From Gammaproteobacteria bacterium (GTDB taxonomy: Bacteria; Pseudomonadota; Gammaproteobacteria; Steroidobacterales; Foliamicaceae): a stretch of DNA of 64,000 bases. The notes below the pieces were generated by a model. It was not told the DNA's origin. It was given only the letters and a program-made list of their open reading frames with translations, and ran no database searches. The position numbers and the translations under genes were made by a program. Below are positions 18,069 to 26,664 of the stretch, piece by piece (position 1 is the first letter of the stretch; every line of letters starts with the position of its first letter). The DNA lies in contig CBDATM010000001.1 in the NCBI GenBank assembly GCA_965200225.1, forward strand, positions 1,819,860-1,883,859, given 5' to 3'.

Positions 18069-19228
18069 GCCGAAAGAGCTATGAGGGCATTGCGCTGGTC
18101 GCGCCCGTGACGGTTCCGTACCAACGCTATTCCACGCGCGACGCGCATTGGTGGATCGCCCGGGCGCTGGCGGCGCTGCTCCGGGACGCCGGGCTGAACA
18201 AGGATGACATCGACGGCCTGGGCGTCGCCAGCTTCACGCTCGCCCCGGACACCGCCGTGGGCCTGACGCAGCACCTGGGAATGTCCTTGCGCTGGCTGGA
18301 TCATGTGCCCATGGGAGGCGCTTCCGGCGTCGTCTGCCTGCGGCGGGCAGCCCGCGCAGTGCAGTCAGGCGACGCGGAAATCGTCGCCTGCATAGCCGGG
18401 GACACCAACCATGTGGATACGTTCCGGCGCACCCTTTCCACCTTCAGCCGGTTCGCCCGGGACGCCGTGTATCCGTACGGATCGGGCGGCCCCAACGCCA
18501 GCTTTGCGTTCATTACCGACTGGTGGATGCGGCAATATGGCGTTCAGCGCGAGGATTTCGGCAAGCTGTGCGTGGCCCAGCGCCGTAACGCCCTGGACAA
18601 TCCTTACGCGCTTTTGCGAAAGCCGCTCGATCTGGAGGCGTATCTCGGCGCGCGGGTGATTGCCGAGCCGCTGCGCCTGCTGGACTGCGTGATGCCCTGC
18701 GCGGGAGCGGACGGCTATCTCGTCATGACGGCGGAGCGCGCTGCCGCGATGGGGCTGGAATCCGTCCGTCTGTTGGGCGCGATCGAACGTCACAATGCCT
18801 TTCCCGATGACCCGGTGCAAATGCGCGGGGGCTGGGCGCTGGATCGCGAGGAACTGTGGGCGCAAGCGGGCCTGGGCCCGAGCGACATGGACTTCTTCCA
18901 AGCCTACGACGACTACCCGGTGATCACCCTGATGCAGATCGAGGAACTGGGTTTTTGTCCGTCCGGGGAAGGCGCCGCCTTTATCCGCGCGCATGAATTC
19001 GCGCACGACGGCGACTGCCCGCTCAACACCTGCGGCGGCCAGCTTTCCATGGGCCAGGCGGGCGCCGCCGGGGGTTTCCTGGGGCTCGTGGAAGCATTGC
19101 GCCAACTATTGTGCCGGCCGCTGGGAAAGCAGGTCGCCGACGCCAGACACGGCGCGGTGTCCGGTTTCGGGATGATCAACTACGATCGCGGACTGTGCAG
19201 CGCCGCGGCCGTACTGGCGCGCGCCTGA
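18065..19228 (+). CDS. SCP2/nsLTP-type thiolase-like protein
   Basis: ATGA overlap with ligase stop; thiolase-like fold implied by ...CIAGDTN..., ...NTCGGQLSMGQAGAAGG...; sits next to a DUF35 partner. Confidence 0.75.
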   Translation: MSRKSYEGIALVAPVTVPYQRYSTRDAHWWIARALAALLRDAGLNKDDIDGLGVASFTLAPDTAVGLTQHLGMSLRWLDHVPMGGASGVVCLRRAARAVQSGDAEIVACIAGDTNHVDTFRRTLSTFSRFARDAVYPYGSGGPNASFAFITDWWMRQYGVQREDFGKLCVAQRRNALDNPYALLRKPLDLEAYLGARVIAEPLRLLDCVMPCAGADGYLVMTAERAAAMGLESVRLLGAIERHNAFPDDPVQMRGGWALDREELWAQAGLGPSDMDFFQAYDDYPVITLMQIEELGFCPSGEGAAFIRAHEFAHDGDCPLNTCGGQLSMGQAGAAGGFLGLVEALRQLLCRPLGKQVADARHGAVSGFGMINYDRGLCSAAAVLARA

Positions 19229-19240
19229 CACCCCGGCCCC

Positions 19241-19349
19241 GATGCCAACTCCGCGCTACGGCCCTGACGCTCCCGCCCCCACGCCAACTCTGACGCTCCC
19301 ACGCAAACTCTGATGCCAACTCTGACGCCCCAATTCTGACGCTTCCGCC
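19241..19349. repeat. degenerate intergenic tandem array (ctgacgc-type units of 12-26 bp)
   Basis: Units start at 19264, 19290, 19310, 19322 and 19336. Confidence 0.7.
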
Positions 19350-19361
19350 GCGAGACCAGCC

Positions 19362-20612
19362 ATGCGCCGCCAACCTCCCCTCAAGAACCCCATCCTGCGC
19401 ACGCGCCAGGCGCTCACGCCGCCCATGCTGCGCAGCCGGGCGGCGCTGGGACTCACGGCGCGCGCCGCCATCGGCCGGTTCGCTCTGCAACGCTGCGAGG
19501 ATTGCGGACAGGTGCAGTATCCGCCGGTGGACTGCTGCAGCGAGTGTCTTTCCGAACAACTGCTGTGGACGCCGATGTCCGGCCGCGGAGAACTTCTGGC
19601 GCACACCACGCTGTATCACAGCAATGACCCGTTTTACCGCGAGCGGCTCCCTTGGCGGCTTGGACTGACGCGACTCGAAGAAGGCCCGGTGGTAGTGGCC
19701 CACCTGCATCGCGGCTGCGCGCCGCCGCCCGCCACAGTGCGGGTTACGGCTAAACTGGACAGGGCAGGGCGGGGCGTGCTGGTGGCGCTGCCCGCCGACC
19801 AATCGGAAGAAATGCACACAGATCCGCGGCACAACGAGTTTTCCTGCGATCCCCGGTACCGCAAGGTCCTGGTGACCGACGGCAAGAGCCGGGTGGGCCA
19901 GGCTCTGGTCCACGCGCTGGCAAAAGCCGGAGCCTCCGTAATCTGGGCAGGGCAGGCGGAACCGTGGAAGAAATACGCCGGCCAGGAGGCGGTCGAGAAA
20001 CTGGAGCCGGTTACCGCAGTGCCGCTGGACCTGACCGACGAGCGCGGCGTGAACCGCATTGGCGCCGAACTCGGCGGGCGCGTGGACATTCTCATCAACA
20101 ACGCCGAGGTGCATCGCACCGAAGGCATTGCCACTCGCCCCGGCGCGGAGTTGGCTCGGCGGGAGATGGAAGTCAACTATCTCGGGCTGCTGCGTCTGGC
20201 CCAGGCGTTCGGCCCGGCGATGCGCGCGCGGGGCGCCGACGGGGGCGCTTCGGCAACGGCCTGGGTCAACCTGCTGAGCGTGTATGCCTTGAGCAACTAC
20301 CCGCCTCAGGGGACCTATTCGGCGTCCAAGGCCGCGGCGCTGTCGCTGTCGCAGTGTCTGCGCGCGGAGATGCAGGATGCGGGCATCCGGGTCATGAACG
20401 TGTTTCCCGGGCCGATCGACGAGGAATGGAATCAGCCGCTTCCGCCGCCGAAACTGGCCCCCGAACGGCTGGCCCGGGACATCATCGAAGGCTTGCGCGA
20501 CGGCGTCGAGGACCTGTTTCCGGGCGCGGTAGCTCAGGAGTGGCTTCAGCGCTGGCGGGAAGATCCCAAGGTGCTGGAGCGCGAACTGGCGCTGGAGTCG
20601 GCAGCCGGATGA
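19362..20612 (+). CDS. DUF35 (Zn-ribbon/OB-fold) fused to an atypical short-chain dehydrogenase
   Basis: N-terminus CEDCG...CCSEC plus OB-like LGLTRLEEGPVVVAHL; C-terminus KVLVTDGKSRVGQALV...NNAE...YSASK (YxxxK). Confidence 0.75.
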   Translation: MRRQPPLKNPILRTRQALTPPMLRSRAALGLTARAAIGRFALQRCEDCGQVQYPPVDCCSECLSEQLLWTPMSGRGELLAHTTLYHSNDPFYRERLPWRLGLTRLEEGPVVVAHLHRGCAPPPATVRVTAKLDRAGRGVLVALPADQSEEMHTDPRHNEFSCDPRYRKVLVTDGKSRVGQALVHALAKAGASVIWAGQAEPWKKYAGQEAVEKLEPVTAVPLDLTDERGVNRIGAELGGRVDILINNAEVHRTEGIATRPGAELARREMEVNYLGLLRLAQAFGPAMRARGADGGASATAWVNLLSVYALSNYPPQGTYSASKAAALSLSQCLRAEMQDAGIRVMNVFPGPIDEEWNQPLPPPKLAPERLARDIIEGLRDGVEDLFPGAVAQEWLQRWREDPKVLERELALESAAG

Positions 20613-20643
20613 ACGGGGAGCGGGTAGGGCTGAGGGGCGCGAA

Positions 20644-20740
20644 CACCGGCATGGGCGTACGCTCCGGAATAGGCGTCAACTTTGGCATGGGCGACAACTC
20701 CGGTAGAGGCACCAGCACCGGCATGGGTGCCGGTCGCGCG
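20644..20740. repeat. degenerate intergenic tandem array (~36-bp period, ggcatggg anchors)
   Basis: ggcatgggcg at 20648 and 20684, ggcatgggtg at 20720. Confidence 0.65.
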
Positions 20741-20751
20741 AAATTGACGCT

Positions 20752-21540
20752 GTGAGCGAAGTGCTTCAGGATCTGTTGGCGGGGGTCGCGGCAGGCAGAC
20801 TGCGGGTCGTTGATCTCACACATACGCTGACCCCCTCCTTTCCGCAACTCAGCCTGCCGCCCGAGGTGGGTCAGGCGCAGCCGTATCGAAGCGAGGAGAT
20901 TTCGCGCTATGACTCTCGCGGTCCTGCCTGGTACTGGAACAACTTCACGCTGTGCGAACACACCGGCACGCACTTCGACGCGCCCATCCACTGGGTTTCG
21001 GGGCGCGAACTGCCCAATAACTCCGTCGATACGATTCCGCCCGAGCACATGATCGCGCCGGCCTGCGTGGTCGATTGCGTCTCCGACGCCGAACAGGACG
21101 CCGACTTTCTGCTGACCCGCGAACGCCTGGAGGAATGGGAAGGGGAGCATGGACGCATTCCCCCGGGCTGTTGGGTGCTGATGCACACCGCCTGGGCGCG
21201 CCGGGTCAACGACCCCGTTGCTTTTCAGAATTTCGACGAGACCGGCCAGCACACTCCGGGGCCCAGTGTCGACTGCGTGCGCTTTTTGGTGGACGAGCGC
21301 GACGTTCTGGGCTTCGGCACCGAGACCATCGGCACCGACAGTGGCCAGGCTCAGCGGCTCAATCCACCGTATCCCTGCCATTACTACATGCACGGCGCCG
21401 GGAAGTATGGCCTTCAATGTCTCAACAACCTCGACCGCCTGCCCGCGACCGGAGCAGTGCTGCTGACCGCTCCGCTGAAACTCGAAGAAGGATCGGGCAG
21501 CCCCTTGCGCGTGCTGGCCCTGATTCCCTTCAACGGCTGA
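20752..21540 (+). CDS. cyclase-family protein (kynurenine-formamidase-like)
   Basis: GTG start; HTGTHFDAPIHW metal-binding motif. Confidence 0.8.
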   Translation: MSEVLQDLLAGVAAGRLRVVDLTHTLTPSFPQLSLPPEVGQAQPYRSEEISRYDSRGPAWYWNNFTLCEHTGTHFDAPIHWVSGRELPNNSVDTIPPEHMIAPACVVDCVSDAEQDADFLLTRERLEEWEGEHGRIPPGCWVLMHTAWARRVNDPVAFQNFDETGQHTPGPSVDCVRFLVDERDVLGFGTETIGTDSGQAQRLNPPYPCHYYMHGAGKYGLQCLNNLDRLPATGAVLLTAPLKLEEGSGSPLRVLALIPFNG

Positions 21541-21731
21541 TCAATCCCTGCAAATCGGCGGCTGACCATGCCCGGCTTCTCGGAGGCTAGCCCGGAGGCT
21601 GACGAAGCCGTACTGATCGGCGGGAGACGAAGCCCGGCAACACGCAACCCTTTCCGAGTTTGCGGCATCCATAGAGTGAGACACAAGCATCTGGCCGCTT
21701 CAGCCAAGAAGCCAGGAAGGAGGAACAGAAC

Positions 21732-22226
21732 ATGAGGAAAGGGTTACTTACCGGCACGGCACTGCTGCTGGCGTTCGGCGCCACCGCCGCCCAGGCCCAC
21801 GATCCGGCAGCGGCGCGGGCCGAATGGCTGGGGAAAAAGCTGGAGCTCAGCGAGGAACAGCAGGCCCAGGTGGGCGCAATTTACGCCGAAGCTCAGGAAC
21901 AGCGCGATGCCCTGCGGGAGCAGGCTCGCGAAATGCGCAAGTCGGCCATGGAGCAGCGCAAGTCCATGCGGGAACAGTCACAGGCGATCGGCGAGTCCAC
22001 CCGGGAGCGGTTGGCCGAGGTGCTGACCGAAGAGCAGACCGCTCAACTTGCCGGGATGCGCAAGGACCTTGACCGGCGGGCAATCATGCGGCGCCATCAG
22101 CGCGGCGGCATGCGTGGCCGCGGCATGGGGTGGAGAGGCATGGAGCGGAGAGGAGAAAGATTCCGCCGCATGCTTCGCCATCGTGAAACGAAAAAACAGG
22201 CAGAAGCCCCGGCTTTGGAAGATTAG
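21732..22226 (+). CDS. Spy/CpxP-family periplasmic protein
   Basis: RBS aggaaggagg; signal peptide MRKGLLTGTALLLAFGATAAQA; LTxxQ-like LSEEQQAQ and LTEEQTAQ; Arg/Gly/Met-rich tail. Confidence 0.7.
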   Translation: MRKGLLTGTALLLAFGATAAQAHDPAAARAEWLGKKLELSEEQQAQVGAIYAEAQEQRDALREQAREMRKSAMEQRKSMREQSQAIGESTRERLAEVLTEEQTAQLAGMRKDLDRRAIMRRHQRGGMRGRGMGWRGMERRGERFRRMLRHRETKKQAEAPALED

Positions 22227-22343
22227 CGCCTGGATCCTGGTGCCGGTTACGGCACGCAGGCGCTGATCGCATCTACCCTCCCCTCCCACTCAAGGCAGGG
22301 GCTGAAAGCAGGCCCACTGACACAACACAGGGCCTGTTGCCGG

Positions 22344-22377
22344 CGCCGGCGCAGCGAATCAGATTCCTGCGCCGGCG
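22344..22377 (+). terminator. hairpin, possible terminator downstream of the Spy-like gene
   Basis: cgccggcgcag / 12-nt loop / ctgcgccggcg, perfect 11-bp stem, followed only by tt. Confidence 0.35.
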
Positions 22378-22565
22378 TTACTCTCGATAGTCCCGCCGGC
22401 TTACTGCCACCCGGCTCATATTATTGCATCGGCGTCGCCGCACCGAGCCCGCCCAGCCCGAGCTCGCCCTGCACCAGCCCGCTCTTCAACAGCCGCCCTG
22501 CAACACTCTGATACACCCCGCTCTGATACGGCAATACGAGCCGGTCACCGCAGTACAATCGCCCG

Positions 22566-24548
22566 ATGCCGGAAATTACGCTTCCCGACGGCAGCCTTCG
22601 CCGCTACGATCAGCCGCCCAGCGTGGCTGAAGTCGCCGCCGACATCGGCCCCGGGCTGGCCCGCGCCGCGCTCGCCGGCCGGGTTGACGGGCAGTTGGTG
22701 GATACGGATTTCCTCATCGGCCAGGACGCCGAGTTGGCGATCGTTACCGCGCGCGACTCGGAGGGGCTGGAAATCCTGCGGCATTCGACCGCCCACCTTC
22801 TGGCTCAAGCGGTCCAGGAACTGTTCCCCGGCGCCCAGGTCACCATAGGGCCGGTCATCGAAGACGGGTTTTACTACGATTTCTCCTACGAACGCGGCTT
22901 CACGCCGGAAGACCTGAAACGCATAGAAGCGCGCATGAAGGAACTGGCAAAAGCGGACTTGCCGGTGTCGCGCGAAACCGTGGCCCGCGATGATGCCGTG
23001 AAGCACTTCAGGTCGATCGGCGAGCACTACAAGGCCGAGATCATCGCTGGCATTCCCGAGGACGAGCCGATTACCCTCTACGGCCAGGGTGACTGGAAAG
23101 ACCTCTGTCGAGGCCCGCACGTTCCCTCTACCCGGCACCTGAAGGCCTTCAAGCTCACTCGCACGGCCGGCGCCTATTGGCGGGGGGATTCTTCCAACGA
23201 ACAGTTGCGTCGGATCTACGGCACCGCCTGGGCCGACTCGAAATCGCTCAAGGCGTATCTCAAGCGCCTGGAGGAAGCGTCCAGGCGGGATCACCGCCGG
23301 ATCGGCACCGCTCTCGACCTGTTCAGCATCCAGGAGGACGCCGGCGGCGGGCTGGTGTTCTGGCACCCGAAAGGAGCGCGCATCCGGCGGGTGATCGAGG
23401 ATTTCTGGCGCGACCGCCACGAGCGGGCCGGTTATGAACTCTTGTTCACGCCACATATCGCCCTGGAAGGTTTGTGGCGCCAGTCGGGCCACACGGATTT
23501 CTACCGCGAGTCGATGTATTCGCCGGTGGAAGACGAAGGCCGCGGCTACCAGTTGCGGCCCATGAACTGCCCGTTTCATATCCTGATCTACCGCAACGGC
23601 CTGCGTTCGCATCGCGACCTGCCCATGCGCTGGGCGGAACTGGGCACTGTCTACCGGCGTGAAATGTCGGGCGCCCTGCACGGATTGATGCGCGTGCGGG
23701 GATTCACTCAGGACGACGCCCATGTGTTCTGCACCGAGGAGCAGATCGAAACCGAGATCCAGCACATTCTGGACCTGGCGCTGGAGTTGTTCGGCGCCTT
23801 CGGATTCGAGGAATTCAACACCGTGCTGGCCACCCGGCCGGAGAAGGCCGTGGGCGACGAGGCCATCTGGGAGCGGGCCACCCGCGCCCTGGAATCGGCC
23901 CTGAAGCGGAAGAAAATGAAATTCGAGCTCGACCCGGGCGGCGGCGCCTTTTACGGCCCGAAGATCGACATCAAGATCCGCGACGCCATTGGCCGCGAGT
24001 GGCAGTGCTCCACGGTGCAACTGGATTTCAATCTTCCCGAGCGTTTCGACCTCGAATACGTAGCCCCCGATGGATCGCGCCGCCGCCCCATCATGATCCA
24101 CCGCGCCCTGCTGGGATCGCTGGAACGCTTTTTCGGCATCCTCATCGAGCACTACGCGGGCCGGTTTCCATTCTGGCTGGCGCCGGTGCAAGTTGCTGTG
24201 CTGGCGATCACCGAGCGCCAGGAAGACTATGCATCCCGCGTTTTCGACGCGCTGAAAAAGGCCGGATTTCGCGTGGAATGCGACTTGAGAAGCGAGACGA
24301 TAGGCTATAAAATTCGCCACCACACTTTGCAAGCGGTTCCCTACCTTCTGGTTCTCGGAGACCGTGAGGAGAAGGAAGGCAGTGTCGCCGTCCGGTCGCT
24401 GAAGGCCGGTGACCTCGGCGCAATGCCGTTGGACGATTTCATGGCGAGGGTAACGGCCGAGGGTTTGAGCTCGCTGCAAGGCGTTTCGGAAAACCAGCTT
24501 CCTGGAGGACATCAATATCGCTCAAAAGAAGCGGATTCTTCGCAATGA
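22566..24548 (+). CDS. thrS: threonine--tRNA ligase
   Basis: [10 protein letters not shown]... TGS N-terminus, class II core; followed by infC. Confidence 0.95.
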   Translation: MPEITLPDGSLRRYDQPPSVAEVAADIGPGLARAALAGRVDGQLVDTDFLIGQDAELAIVTARDSEGLEILRHSTAHLLAQAVQELFPGAQVTIGPVIEDGFYYDFSYERGFTPEDLKRIEARMKELAKADLPVSRETVARDDAVKHFRSIGEHYKAEIIAGIPEDEPITLYGQGDWKDLCRGPHVPSTRHLKAFKLTRTAGAYWRGDSSNEQLRRIYGTAWADSKSLKAYLKRLEEASRRDHRRIGTALDLFSIQEDAGGGLVFWHPKGARIRRVIEDFWRDRHERAGYELLFTPHIALEGLWRQSGHTDFYRESMYSPVEDEGRGYQLRPMNCPFHILIYRNGLRSHRDLPMRWAELGTVYRREMSGALHGLMRVRGFTQDDAHVFCTEEQIETEIQHILDLALELFGAFGFEEFNTVLATRPEKAVGDEAIWERATRALESALKRKKMKFELDPGGGAFYGPKIDIKIRDAIGREWQCSTVQLDFNLPERFDLEYVAPDGSRRRPIMIHRALLGSLERFFGILIEHYAGRFPFWLAPVQVAVLAITERQEDYASRVFDALKKAGFRVECDLRSETIGYKIRHHTLQAVPYLLVLGDREEKEGSVAVRSLKAGDLGAMPLDDFMARVTAEGLSSLQGVSENQLPGGHQYRSKEADSSQ

Positions 24549-25038
24549 AGAAATCGAAGCGTACAAGCTTCGGGTCATTGGCGAGGATTCCAAACAGATC
24601 GGCATCATGAACCGTGAGGATGCCCTTCGCACCGCCAGGGAGCGAGGGCTGGACCTTGTGGAAGTTGATCCCAACGCCAGGCCACCCGTTTGCAAGATAC
24701 TCGACTACGGTCGCTACGTATTCGAGCAAAACAAGCGGGCGCACGCGGCAAGGAAGCGGCAGAAGCAGATACAGGTAAAGGAGATCAAGCTGCGTCCGGG
24801 CACGGACCGGGGAGACTACGATGTCAAGCTGCGCAACCTGCTGCGGTTTCTCGAGCACGGCGACAAGACCAAGATCACCTTGCGTTTCCGTGGACGGGAA
24901 ATGGTGCACCAGAAGTTGGGCGCCAAATTGCTGGACCGGGTGCGCGAGGACCTGAGCGAGGTTGCGCTGGTTGAGCAGGAGCCCAAGCTGGAAGGCAGGC
25001 AGTTGACCATGGTGATGGCGCCGCGCAAGCGAAATTGA
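24517..25038 (+). CDS. infC: translation initiation factor IF-3 (non-AUG start)
   Basis: IF-3 homology extends upstream of the first ATG (24607): ...[30 protein letters not shown]...; GGAGGA 7 nt before ATC 24517; alternatives ATC 24511 and ATT 24535. Confidence 0.8.
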   Translation: MAQKKRILRNEEIEAYKLRVIGEDSKQIGIMNREDALRTARERGLDLVEVDPNARPPVCKILDYGRYVFEQNKRAHAARKRQKQIQVKEIKLRPGTDRGDYDVKLRNLLRFLEHGDKTKITLRFRGREMVHQKLGAKLLDRVREDLSEVALVEQEPKLEGRQLTMVMAPRKRN

Positions 25039-25062
25039 GTTGCTTTACGAGAATCGCGCCTT

Positions 25063-25260
25063 ATGCCCAAGCAGAAGACCAATCGCGGAGCGGCCAAGCG
25101 CTTCCGCCGAACGGGGGGAGGGGCCTTCAAACGGGCCAGCTCGCACCTCAGCCACCTCCTCACCAGGAAGAGCAGCAAGCGTAAGCGCAAGCTGGGTTCT
25201 CCGGCCGCTGTGGCCAAGGCGGACGTGAAGCACGTCAGGCGCCTGATGCCCTACGCCTGA
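25063..25260 (+). CDS. rpmI: 50S ribosomal protein L35
   Basis: [14 protein letters not shown]... Confidence 0.95.
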   Translation: MPKQKTNRGAAKRFRRTGGGAFKRASSHLSHLLTRKSSKRKRKLGSPAAVAKADVKHVRRLMPYA

Positions 25261-25317
25261 CCGCTCGGCAGCCGGGGCTAGCGTTTACGAGATTCATCGG
25301 ACAAGGCAGGTTTTGAT

Positions 25318-25668
25318 ATGGCCAGGGTGAAACGCGGCGTCACTACGCATGCCAGACACAAGAAAGTCCTGAAGAAGGCCAAGGGCTACCAGGGCGCTCG
25401 CAGCCGTTCCTACCGCGTGGCGCGCCAGGCGGTCACCAGGGCCGGTCAATACGCCTACCGGGACCGGCGCCAGCGCAAGCGCGTATTCCGCGCGCTGTGG
25501 ATTGCTCGAATCAACGCGGCGGCCCGTCTCAACGGCATTTCCTACAGCCGCTTCATGAGCGGCCTGCGAAAAGCGGGGATCGAACTGGACCGCAAGATCC
25601 TGGCTGACATCGCGGTACATCATCAGGAGGCGTTTGCCGACCTGGCCAAGCGCGCCGCTGCGGCTTGA
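25318..25668 (+). CDS. rplT: 50S ribosomal protein L20
   Basis: [24 protein letters not shown]... Confidence 0.95.
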   Translation: MARVKRGVTTHARHKKVLKKAKGYQGARSRSYRVARQAVTRAGQYAYRDRRQRKRVFRALWIARINAAARLNGISYSRFMSGLRKAGIELDRKILADIAVHHQEAFADLAKRAAAA

Positions 25669-25677
25669 TCCGCCCCC

Positions 25678-26664
25678 GTGGGGGACCTCAGGGAGCGGGT
25701 AGGCCAGACGCTGGCGGCGATCGAATCTGCCGGCACGCTGGACCAACTTGAAACGCTGCGCGTGCGGCTGCTCGGCCGCAAGGGAGAGATCACCGCGCAA
25801 CTGAAGGCGCTGGGCTCCCTGCCGGCAGCGGAACGGCCGGCGGCCGGAAAGACGCTCAATCGGATCAAGAAGGAAGTGAGCGCCGCAATCGGCGCGCGCA
25901 AGCAGGCATTGAACGAACGCCGGCTGGATGCGGCCGTAAGCGCCGGCGGGATCGACGTGAGCTTGCCCGGACGAGGCGTCCTTCCCGGGGCTGAACATCC
26001 GGTAAGCCGAACTCTCCGACGGGTGCGGACCATACTGGCCGGCGCCGGCTTCGCGGCTCGCTCGGGGCCCGAGATCGAGAACGAGTTCCACAACTTCACG
26101 GCCCTGAACATGCCGGCCAACCATCCCGCCCGGGACATGCACGATACCTTTTACCTGCCGTCGGGTCGGCTGCTTCGCACCCATACCTCGCCGGTGCAGA
26201 TTCGCTCCATGCTGGCCGAGGGCGCGCCGCTGAAGGTCATTTCCTCGGGGCGGGTGTTCCGGCGGGATTCGGACCAGACTCATACGCCCGTGTTTCACCA
26301 GGTGGAGGGTCTGGCGGTGGATGAAGGCGTGAGCCTGGCGAACCTGAAATCGCTGCTGCACGAGTTCGCCGAGCGCTTCTTCGAGTGCAAGGTTCAGGTG
26401 CGTTTCCGCGCTTCGTATTTTCCCTTCACCGAGCCTTCCGCCGAGATGGATGTGCGCTGGGGGGATGGCGGCTGGCTGGAGATCCTGGGTTGCGGAATGG
26501 TGCACCCGAAAGTGTTGCAATTCGGCGGCGTGGACCCGGAGCGTTATACCGGCTACGCCTTCGGGATGGGCGTGGAGCGCATGGCCATGCTGCGCTACGG
26601 CGTTCGCGACATCCGCCGCTTTTTCGACAACGACATCCGCTTTCTCGGGCAGTTCAGTCCATGA
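25678..26664 (+). CDS. pheS: phenylalanine--tRNA ligase alpha subunit
   Basis: GTG start; class II motifs ...FRRDSDQTHTPVFHQVEG...GFGMGVERMAML. Confidence 0.95.
   Translation: MGDLRERVGQTLAAIESAGTLDQLETLRVRLLGRKGEITAQLKALGSLPAAERPAAGKTLNRIKKEVSAAIGARKQALNERRLDAAVSAGGIDVSLPGRGVLPGAEHPVSRTLRRVRTILAGAGFAARSGPEIENEFHNFTALNMPANHPARDMHDTFYLPSGRLLRTHTSPVQIRSMLAEGAPLKVISSGRVFRRDSDQTHTPVFHQVEGLAVDEGVSLANLKSLLHEFAERFFECKVQVRFRASYFPFTEPSAEMDVRWGDGGWLEILGCGMVHPKVLQFGGVDPERYTGYAFGMGVERMAMLRYGVRDIRRFFDNDIRFLGQFSP

Noticed and set aside
19229-20750. Possibility that the tandem arrays here, and those at 40166, 48948 and 59725, are CRISPR arrays
   Set aside because: The units are contiguous with no unique spacers, they degenerate progressively, their lengths of 12-36 bp vary within an array, and no cas genes are present.
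22545-24515. 656-aa minus-strand ORF opposite thrS. Similar ORFs lie at 29688..31883 (731 aa) and 32438..34921 (827 aa).
   Set aside because: All lie antisense to strongly recognisable genes (thrS, the AI-2E transporter and oxidase, lysC/lysA). They have no RBS or motif. They are GC-driven stop-codon-poor frames.
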